64,000 bases of DNA from Candidatus Eiseniibacteriota bacterium (lineage in GTDB: Bacteria; Eisenbacteria; RBG-16-71-46; SZUA-252). The position numbers and the translations under genes were made by a program. The first letter of the stretch is position 1, and each line of letters opens with the position of its first letter. Location: positions 1,760,001-1,824,000 of the forward strand of contig OY969801.1 of the NCBI GenBank assembly GCA_963703225.1, given 5' to 3'. The notes under the pieces were generated by a model that worked only from the letters and a program-made list of their open reading frames with translations, was not told the origin of the DNA and ran no database searches. Positions 52,645-64,000 of the stretch are shown in pieces.

Positions 52645-53402
52645 CGCGGGGGCGCCGCTCCGTCCGTCCCGCCGGGCTTCTTCGCGCGCGCGATGACCGA
52701 GATCCCGCCGAGCTGCTCCGCGATCGCGACCTCGACGAACCCCGCCTCTTCCAGCGCCTTTCCCAGCGCGGCTTGGCCCGGATACGCCCGAAGCGATTCC
52801 ACGATGTGCCAGTAGGTGTCGAGCCTTCCGTGGAGCACCAATCCCCAGAGCGTTCCAAAGAGAAAGAGGTAGGCGAGGCAGAGGCTCCGATACCAACGCC
52901 GAATGGGAAGGCCAAAGTCGAGCGTGACGAGCACGCCGCCCGGACGGAGGGCGCGGAAGGCCGCGTCCGCCCCCGCGCGAAGGTTGTCCAGGTAGCGAAG
53001 ACCGTAGCCGACCAGAATCCCTTCGAACGTCTCCGCCGCGACCGGGAGTGCGTTCAGGTCCCCGCGCGCGAACTCGACTCTCGTGAGCGCGGCGCACTTG
53101 ACCCGAGCGCGCGCGATCATCGCCTGGCTCCGGTCAATGCCGAGGATCATGCCGCGATAGCCCGATTGACGCAGAAGGCTGGGAAAGGCGCCGGTGCCGG
53201 TCGCGAGATCGAGGATCCTCCCGCCGCCGTGATCGGGCGGAAGCAGCTCGATCGCCGTCCGTTTCCAGCGCTCGTCCTGGCCAAAGGAAAGAAGCCGGGT
53301 CAGTCGATCGTAGCGGGGCGCGACCCGGCGGAAGATCGAGTCGACGTACTCGTTTCGGTTCCTGCTATCCTTTGGCCAGTCCTTGAGCCACAATGGTGTC
53401 AT
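52629..53402 (-). CDS. UbiE/MenG-family SAM methyltransferase
   Basis: FRRVAPRYD..LLSFG, LDLATGTG, YGLR, ESLRAYP. Confidence 0.85.
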   Translation of the reverse strand: MTPLWLKDWPKDSRNRNEYVDSIFRRVAPRYDRLTRLLSFGQDERWKRTAIELLPPDHGGGRILDLATGTGAFPSLLRQSGYRGMILGIDRSQAMIARARVKCAALTRVEFARGDLNALPVAAETFEGILVGYGLRYLDNLRAGADAAFRALRPGGVLVTLDFGLPIRRWYRSLCLAYLFLFGTLWGLVLHGRLDTYWHIVESLRAYPGQAALGKALEEAGFVEVAIAEQLGGISVIARAKKPGGTDGAAPPRYKSK

Positions 53403-53443
53403 TCCTGGATGATAATCCCCCTACAGTAAAGGAGAGAGACCCC

Positions 53444-54800
53444 TTGCCATTTGCCGCCCTCGGACTGCCCGCCGCCATCGTGAAAGGCGTCCGTGCCGCC
53501 GGTTACACCGAACCCCTCCCCATCCAACGCAAAGGCGATCCCCGTCGTCCTGAGCGGCAGGGATCTGATCGCCGCCGCGCAGACCGGGACCGGAAAGACC
53601 GCCGCGTTCGTCCTTCCGATCCTGACGCGACTCCTCGACGGCCCGCGGCGGCTCCGCGCCCTGGTGCTCACGCCGACGCGCGAGCTGGCCGCTCAGGTCG
53701 AGACGAACGCGCGGGACTACGCACGCTTCACGAACGTGAACGTCGGCGTCGTCTACGGCGGCGTGCCCCTACCGCCCCAGGAGCGGATGCTCCGCAATCC
53801 CGGGGTGGAGCTGCTCGTCGCCACGCCCGGCCGCCTGCTCGACCTGCACGGGCGGCTCGCGCTGCGCCTCGACTACGTCGAGGTGCTGGTCCTGGACGAG
53901 GCCGACCGCATGGTCGACATGGGCTTCGCGCCCGACCTGCGACGCATCCTCAAGCTGCTCCCGACCGACCGGCAGACGCTCCTCTTCTCCGCGACGATGC
54001 CGCCCGACCTGAACAAGGTCGCCAAGGAAGCGCTGAGGGATCCCGTCCGGATCGACCTCGCGCCGCCGTCGCGGCCGGCCGCGGGGATCACCCAGGCGGT
54101 CTACCCGGTGCCCCGCGTGCTCAAGACCGAGCTCCTCGACGAGCTCCTCTCGCGCACCGAGGTCCGGAGCATGATCGTCTTCACGCGGACCAAGCACGGC
54201 GCCGATCGCCTCGCGCGCCAGCTGGCGAGGCGGAACTTCACCGTCGCGCCGCTCCATGGAAATCGAAGCCAGAGCCAGCGAGAGCGCGCGCTGGCCGACT
54301 TGAAGCGGGGGAGAATCCAGATCCTGGTCGCGACCGATATCGCGTCGCGCGGGATCGACGTCGAGGGAATCTCGCACGTCGTCAACTACGACGTGCCGCA
54401 TACCCCCGAGGATTACGTGCACCGAATCGGGCGCACGGGCCGCGTGGACGCCGTCGGCGACGCGTTCACCCTCATGAGCCCAGAGGAGCAGAAGGACGTC
54501 ATCGCGATCGAGCGGTTCCTCGGGCGGACGATTCCCAGGGTCCTGCTGCCCGACTTCAACTACAAGATGCGGCCGAAGGAGATCGCGCAGAGCGTCGGCT
54601 ACGAGGATCGGGGAGACAGAGACCGCGGACGCGGCCACCGCCCCGCCGGAAAATCCCGATCGCAGGGAGGGTCGCACCATCCGATCCGGCCGACCCAAGC
54701 CGGAAGCCAGACGGGGTCCGGAGGGTCTCAGACCAGCGACTTCGGCCGCCGGCCCAAGCTCATCCGCGGCATCGATCCGCGCCGGAGGGGTCGCCTCTAG
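53444..54800 (+). CDS. DEAD-box RNA helicase, RhlE-like (apparent +1 frameshift near 53530)
   Basis: TTG start after AAAGGAG; Q motif F..LGL..GY..P.PIQ in one frame; AQTGTGKT, PTRELA, DEAD, SAT, HRIGRTGR in the next. Confidence 0.92.
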
Positions 54801-54815
54801 CGCGGCATTCGCATC

Positions 54816-55454
54816 TTGCCCCTCGAATTCGACCTCGACGAGGCGCTCCAAGTCTTGCGGGACGCCGATCCCAAGCTGGCCCAGCTGATCTCGACCGTGG
54901 GTCCGTGCGGATTCAAGAGCCGCGGCGCGGGAAGCCCGTTCGCCGCGCTGGCGGAATCGATCGCGTATCAGCAGCTCACCGGGAAGGCGGCGGCCACGAT
55001 CTTCTCCCGCGTCCTGGCGCTCTACCGCCCGAAGCGGTTCCCCTCGCCGGAGGACTTCCTCGCGACCCCGGATCAGGCGCTGCGGGAAGCGGGGCTTTCC
55101 CGAAGCAAGATCGCCTCGGTCAAGGACCTCTCGGCCAAGGCGTTGGACGGAACGGTCCCGACCCTCGCCCGGCTCCGCCGCCTCGAGGACGAGGAGATCG
55201 TGGAGCGTCTCACCGCGGTCCGGGGCATCGGCCGCTGGACGGTGGAGATGCTGCTCATGTTCCATCTGGGGCGGCCGGATATCCTCCCGGCGGGCGACTA
55301 CGGCGTACGGAAGGGATTTAAGAAGGCGTTTGGGACCCGCGGGCTTCCCACTCCGGCCCAGGTCCTCAAACGCGGAGAGCGATGGAGGCCGTTTCGTTCG
55401 GTCGCGAGCTGGTATCTCTGGCGCGCCATCGACACGCCCGGGGGTCGAGCGTAG
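54816..55454 (+). CDS. DNA-3-methyladenine glycosylase II (AlkA/HhH-GPD family)
   Basis: IAYQQL, GLSRSK, RGIGRWT, PAGDYG, WRPFRS. Confidence 0.9.
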   Translation: MPLEFDLDEALQVLRDADPKLAQLISTVGPCGFKSRGAGSPFAALAESIAYQQLTGKAAATIFSRVLALYRPKRFPSPEDFLATPDQALREAGLSRSKIASVKDLSAKALDGTVPTLARLRRLEDEEIVERLTAVRGIGRWTVEMLLMFHLGRPDILPAGDYGVRKGFKKAFGTRGLPTPAQVLKRGERWRPFRSVASWYLWRAIDTPGGRA

Positions 55455-55460
55455 GGATCG

Positions 55461-58685
<3,225 letters not shown>

Positions 58686-58688
58686 GGG

Positions 58689-59879
58689 TCAGGCGCCGCC
58701 CGGCGTGAGAGCGGGAGACGCAAAGGCCGGGGGCATCCCGACGGCGGGGGCGCGGCGGCCAAGGTCCCGCCGGGACGCCATTTCGACCACGAATTCGCGA
58801 AAGAGGTAGTGGCTGTCGTGGGGGCCCGGGCTTGCCTCGGGGTGGTATTGCACGGAGAAGACCGGCTGGTCCCGGTGTCGGAACCCTTCGACCGTTCCGT
58901 CGTTCAAGTTGATGTGGGTGAGCTCGAACTCCGGATTGGAGAAGAGGTCGGGATCGACGGCAAAGCCATGGTTTTGCGAGGTAATCTCCACCTGGCCGGT
59001 CTTCACGTTCCGGACCGGGTGGTTGGCGCCCCGGTGTCCAAACTTGAGCTTGAAGGTCTTTCCCCCGCAGGCCAGGCCGAGTATCTGATGGCCGAGGCAG
59101 ATGCCAAAGACCGGTACCTCCTCGATCAGCTCGCGAGCCGCCTCGATGGCGTAGTGGCACGGCTCGGGATCTCCGGGGCCGTTGGAGAGAAAGACACCGT
59201 CGGGCCGGAGCGCCAGGGCATCTCTGGCCTTGGTGGTCGCGGGGACGACCGTCACGTCGCAGCCCGACCGGGCCAACATCCGGAGGATGTTCCGCTTCAT
59301 GCCAAAATCGTAGGCGACGACCCGGAAGCGGCCGGCGTCGGGGGCAGCGTCCGGATCATCCATTCGGTGTGGGGCGGCGCAGGTCACCTCGCGGGCCAGG
59401 TCGAGCCCGATCATCGACCGGGCGGCACGGGCCCGCTCCACAAGGGGCCCCGGGGCCATCTCCAAAGTCGAGATCACGCCGCGCATCGCGCCGTGGGTCC
59501 GGATGTGCCGGGTCAGCGCCCGCGTGTCGATTTCGCTGATCCCGACGACCCCGGCCTCATCTAAGTATCGATGGAGCTCACCCGAAGCGCGCCAGGAAGA
59601 GGCCCGGGTCGAGATCTCCCGGACCACAAACCCCGCGACCTGGGGATGAAGCGACTCCACGTCATCCCGATTCACGCCATAATTCCCGATATGGGGGTAG
59701 GTCATCACGACGATCTGGCCGCGGTAGGACGGGTCGGTGAGAACTTCCTGGTAGCCGCAGAGGGCGGTATTGAAGACTACTTCGCCTGAAGTCTCAGAGA
59801 TTCTTCCAAAAGCCTTGCCTTCAAAGAAATTGCCATCTTCCAGGGCGAGAATTGCCGGGGCACCGTCCGTGGCTGACAT
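58689..59879 (-). CDS. carA: Carbamoyl-phosphate synthase small subunit
   Basis: GEVVFNT, TDPSY, SNGPGDP, GICLGHQ, QYHPE. Confidence 0.97.
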   Translation of the reverse strand: MSATDGAPAILALEDGNFFEGKAFGRISETSGEVVFNTALCGYQEVLTDPSYRGQIVVMTYPHIGNYGVNRDDVESLHPQVAGFVVREISTRASSWRASGELHRYLDEAGVVGISEIDTRALTRHIRTHGAMRGVISTLEMAPGPLVERARAARSMIGLDLAREVTCAAPHRMDDPDAAPDAGRFRVVAYDFGMKRNILRMLARSGCDVTVVPATTKARDALALRPDGVFLSNGPGDPEPCHYAIEAARELIEEVPVFGICLGHQILGLACGGKTFKLKFGHRGANHPVRNVKTGQVEITSQNHGFAVDPDLFSNPEFELTHINLNDGTVEGFRHRDQPVFSVQYHPEASPGPHDSHYLFREFVVEMASRRDLGRRAPAVGMPPAFASPALTPGGA

Positions 59880-60017
59880 GGGGCTCCTTGGATCATGAAG
59901 GGCCGCTACGTTCGCACTGGTCGGGGCTCTGTCCCCTCTGGTAGGGGCGAGACCCGGCGGATGATAATCGAGCGCGCCGGCTGGCGCGAGAGAATCTCTA
60001 TCGGAGGGAGCGGATCG

Positions 60018-60527
60018 ATGAAATGGCGAGTGGGAGTGGGGGTTCTCGTCGGCGCGGCGTTGATCGCGGCGGCGCCGGCGGCGTCCGGCAAGATCAAGAT
60101 TTACTCCTCAGCGAAGAAAGGATTTGTCACGGTGAGCAAAGTGGAGAAGTCCAAGAATGAGTGGAAGCAGCTCCTAACGCCGGAGCAATACCGCGTGACC
60201 CGGGAGGCGGGCACCGAGATCGCGTTCACCGGCAAGTACTGGGACAACCACGCCAAGGGAATCTACAAGTGCGTCTGCTGCGGCACCGACCTCTTCTCGT
60301 CCGACACCAAGTTTGAATCGGGCACGGGGTGGCCGAGCTTTTGGGCCCCGATCGCGAAGGAGAATCTGGCCTCCAAGACGGATCAGACGCTCGGCATGGA
60401 CCGAGATGAGATCCGGTGCGCCCGGTGCCAGGCGCACCTCGGGCACGTCTTCGACGACGGCCCCAAGCCGACGGGGCTGCGCTACTGCATGAACTCGACC
60501 GCGCTCAAGTTCGAGGCGTCGAAGTAG
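60018..60527 (+). CDS. msrB: Peptide-methionine (R)-S-oxide reductase with signal peptide
   Basis: GTE, CVCC, GWPSF, CARC, HLGHVF, RYCMNS; ATG after GGAGGG; N-terminal signal peptide. Confidence 0.93.
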   Translation: MKWRVGVGVLVGAALIAAAPAASGKIKIYSSAKKGFVTVSKVEKSKNEWKQLLTPEQYRVTREAGTEIAFTGKYWDNHAKGIYKCVCCGTDLFSSDTKFESGTGWPSFWAPIAKENLASKTDQTLGMDRDEIRCARCQAHLGHVFDDGPKPTGLRYCMNSTALKFEASK

Positions 60528-60566
60528 CCCGGCTATGCCGAACGCACTCGAGGAACGGAGGTGTCC

Positions 60567-61001
60567 ATGAACGTCTGGATCGGAGTTGACGACTCGCCCT
60601 TCTCCAGGGCCGCGGTCGATTACGTGAAGACGGCCGTGTGGCCGAAGGAGACGCGCTTCATCGTCGTCTCGGCATCGGCGCCGGTCTTCATCGGCCCGGG
60701 CGAAGCGGCGGCGCCGGGGGCGATCGCGCAGGTGATTGAGGCACAGGAGACCTACCACCGGGACTTGGCCGATCGAGCCGCGGCGGAGCTCAAGAAGGCG
60801 GGACTCAACGCGGAGGGCCGGATGATTCCGTCCGATCCCCGACCGGCCCTGGTCGAAGGAGCGCGCAGGGACGGAGCCGACCTGATCGTGGTGGGATCAC
60901 ACGGCAGGAGCGGCCTCTCCAAGCTCTTCTTGGGGAGCGTCGCGTCGCACGTCATCGCGCACGCCCACTGCAACGTGCTCGTCGTCAAGAAGCCCGCCTG
61001 A
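60567..61001 (+). CDS. Universal stress protein
   Basis: GVDDS, ADLIVVGSHGRSG, LGSVA, CNVLVV. Confidence 0.92.
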   Translation: MNVWIGVDDSPFSRAAVDYVKTAVWPKETRFIVVSASAPVFIGPGEAAAPGAIAQVIEAQETYHRDLADRAAAELKKAGLNAEGRMIPSDPRPALVEGARRDGADLIVVGSHGRSGLSKLFLGSVASHVIAHAHCNVLVVKKPA

Positions 61002-61054
61002 GGTAGCACCCCCACCCCCAACCCCGCTCGCCGCGGACGTACTATACTTGCGTC

Positions 61055-63305
61055 ATGCGCGAACGGATCGGCTCCTTCCGGCTCCGAGATCGCCTCGGAC
61101 AAGGAGGCATGGGGGTCGTCTACGCCGCGGACGACGAGCGACTGGGGCGGCGGGTCGCCATCAAGATGATCCGGGATGAGGCCGCGGCCGATGGGGCGCG
61201 CGAGCGGTTCTGGCGGGAAGCCCGAGCGGCGGCGCGCATCAATCATCCCAATGTCTGCCAGCTCTACGACGTTGGCGAAGAGGACGGCGAGCTCTGGATC
61301 GCGATGGAGCTCCTGGAGGGGCGACCCCTCGCGGCCAGGCTCGAGGCCGGCCCGCTCCCCCTCGGCGAAGCGGGGCCGATCGCGCTCGGCGTTCTTTCCG
61401 CGCTTCGAGGCCCTTCATCACCATCAGATCATCCACCGCGACCTCAAGCCGACGAATGTGTTTCTCACCCCGCACGGCGTGAAGCTTCTCGATTTCGGGC
61501 TCGCGCGGACGTACCGGGACACCGGCGCCGAGACCGAAATGTCCCTCACCCGAACCGGGTTCGCTGTCGGGACGCCTCGCTACATGGCGCCGGAGCAATG
61601 GAAGGGCGAATTGCTGGACGCCCGGACCGACCTCTTCTCGGTGGGCACGCTCCTCTACGAGATGCTGGCCGGCCAGCCGGCCTTCCCGGGGCATTCCGCC
61701 GGTGAAGTCCGGCACGCGGTGCTCTTCGAAAGCCCGGCGGCCCTATCGGGACCGCCCGCCGTCGCCGCGGTCGACCGCGTCATCCAACGCGCGCTTGCCA
61801 AGAGCCCGCGCGACCGCTATCCCATCGCCCAGGCGATGGCCGAGGATTTGCGGGGGGCGCTGGCGCTTCTCGAGACGGGAGAGGCGACGCGGGCGCGCGC
61901 CGTACGGCGGCTCATCGTGCTCCCCTTTCGCTGCCTCCGTCCCGACCCGGAGTGCGAGTTCCTGACCTTCAGCCTCCCCGACGCCATCATCGCTTCGCTC
62001 GCCGGCATCGAATCGCTGGTGGTTCGGTCTCACCTCTCGGCCGCCCGGTTTGCCGGCGCGACTCCCGACCTGAAGCAGATCGCTCAGGAGGCCGAGGTCG
62101 ACCTCGTGCTCACCGGCACCCTGCTCCGGGCCGGCGACCAGATGCGGGTGGCGACGCAGCTCGTGGAAGCACCGTCGGGGACCGTGGTCTGGACTCATTC
62201 GACGCAGGTCTCGTTGGGCGATCTGTTCCAGCTTCAAGATTCATTGGCCCGGCACATCGTCGACTCCCTGTCGCTTCCCCTCGCCAGCCGGGAGCGGCAG
62301 ACGCTGCAGCGCGACGTCCCGGCGACCGCGAAGGCGTATGAGTTCTACCTCCGCGCGAATCAGCTGGGACGGAACCCGGAAGGGTGGCTGCTGGCCCGGG
62401 ACTTCTACCTCCAATGCCTGGAGGAGGACGCGAACTACGCTCCCGGCTGGGCGCAGCTGGGGCGAATCTACCGGGTGTTGGCCAAGTATCACACCGAGGA
62501 CCAAACCGAAGAGAACTTGCTTCGCGCGGCCGACGCATTCCATCGCGCGCTCTCGATCAATCCCGATCTGTCGCTCGCCCACAATCTCTACGTCTACCTC
62601 GAAGTGGAGATGGGGCGCTGCCAGGAGGCCATGATCCGCCTCCTCGAGAGGGCGCGGCATCGCTCCAACGACGCCGATCTCTATGCCGGCTTGGTGCACG
62701 CGTGTCGGTACTGTGGACTCTTGGAACCCTCCGTGGCCGCATACGAGCACGCCAAGCGTCTCGATCCCTCCGTGCGAACCAGCGCTTGTTACACCTACTA
62801 CATGATGGGTGACTACGATCGCGCGATGGAGTCCGAGCAGGACGATTCGCGCTACATGGCGGCATACGCATTGGCCGCGAAGGGCCAGGTGGAGGAAGCG
62901 ATCGAGATCTACGTCAAGACCCGGGAGCGGATCCAATCGACCCAGGGCCTTGCCATTTACGATTCCCAGCTCGCCGCCCTGTCGGGTAACCGTGAGGCGT
63001 GCATCGAATCGCTTCGGGTCGTCTCGGAATCGACGTTCCGCGATCCGGAGGGCCTCTACTTCACCGCGCGGACGTTCGCGTACCTGCGCGAATCCGAGGA
63101 GGCTCTGCGGGTCCTCCAGCGCGTCGTCGAAGGCGGGTTCTACCAGCCCGCGCGGATGACCCGGGACCCGTGGTTCGACGCGATCCGCGCCGAGCCCGAG
63201 TTCATTCGGCTTCTGCGCCAGGTGGAGGCCAAGCGGCGCGACGCGGTGGCGGCCTACCTGGAGCACGGCGGCGACAAAATCCTCGGAGTCTCCCCGGCAG
63301 GATGA
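61055..63305 (+). CDS. Hanks-type Ser/Thr protein kinase with TolB-like and TPR domains (apparent +1 frameshift near 61405)
   Basis: LGQGGMGVVY, VAIK and HPN in the first frame; HRDLKPTN, DFG, GTPRYMAPE, IVLPF, TPRs and DPWF in the second. Confidence 0.92.
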
Positions 63306-64000
63306 GTCAGCCGTCGGCGGAGGCGATCCTCGCCGAGTTGGTCACGCGCGGGGACGAGCATCCGGAGGATTCCCTTCTCCAATTCGGAAGCCTCCTGAGC
63401 GCGCATCAATACCGGCGGCTTTACGATCTGGTGATTCGTCACGTTTCGGCTGGGGGCCGCGTCCTGGATTGGGGGACGGGCAACGGTCACTTCTCCTACT
63501 TCCTCCAGCGCTCCGGGTATCGGGCGTCGGGGTTCTCGCTCCTGGAAGGCGCGTTCGTCCGCTGGCTTCCCGATCCGGGCTACCCCTTCACCCGCGGGGA
63601 CGAGCGTCAGCCCACCCGCCTTCCCTATCCGGACGGCTCCTTTGACGCGGTCGCGTCGGTCGGCGTTCTCGAGCATGTCCGAGAGACCGGTGGCACGGAG
63701 GCGGGGAGCCTTGGCGAGATCGCGCGGATGCTCAGGCCGGGCGGGATCTTCGTCTGCTACCACCTTCCCAACCGCTGGAGCTGGATCGACTGGGCCGCGC
63801 GGAGGGTGCCGGGGCTGCACCGCCACGATTATCGCTACGAACGCTCCGATATCGAGGCGCTGGCGGCCGGGGCCGGGCTCATCGTCTTGGACGTCCGCCG
63901 TTATGGAATTCTCCCTCGGAACTTCGGGGCACGGCTCCCCCACGCGATCCGCCGGTCGCGCGGCGCGGCCCGGGCCTGGGATTGGATCGACGCCATTCTG
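63302..64000 (+). CDS. Class I SAM-dependent methyltransferase, truncated at window edge
   Basis: Manual translation from ATG 63302 (ATGA overlap): VLDWGTGNG, LPYPDGSFDAV, GVLEHV, MLRPGG. Confidence 0.85.
   Translation, partial: MSQPSAEAILAELVTRGDEHPEDSLLQFGSLLSAHQYRRLYDLVIRHVSAGGRVLDWGTGNGHFSYFLQRSGYRASGFSLLEGAFVRWLPDPGYPFTRGDERQPTRLPYPDGSFDAVASVGVLEHVRETGGTEAGSLGEIARMLRPGGIFVCYHLPNRWSWIDWAARRVPGLHRHDYRYERSDIEALAAGAGLIVLDVRRYGILPRNFGARLPHAIRRSRGAARAWDWIDAIL

Overview
GC-rich, gene-dense bacterial chromosomal window of about 45 CDS and two tRNAs, with no mobile element, CRISPR array or rRNA visible. Core genes: mreBCD-mrdA-rodA-lgt-aroE-comF-radical SAM, gdhA, gltX, tkt, acnA, carAB, a DEAD-box helicase, an AlkA-like glycosylase and msrB. 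The most interesting part is a cell-envelope block from about 12.9 to 44.2 kb. It holds a TonB-dependent receptor, a 990-aa secreted protein with a T9SS/FlgD-like C-terminal sorting domain (CTD) and a PorV/PorQ-like barrel, coupled to two peptidoglycan carboxypeptidases. Upstream lie an LVIVD-repeat CTD protein, a GWxTD protein, a Fur regulator and an unknown porin-like barrel with a structured leader. Two more CTD cargo proteins are nearby: a beta-propeller di-haem cytochrome and a C25 gingipain/PorU-like peptidase. This gene content suggests an FCB-related lineage such as Ca. Eisenbacteria (inference only). Eight frameshifts in seven genes are all small insertions and look like long-read errors. 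Several genes appear to be leaderless. All family assignments come from motif recognition by eye; no database search was run.
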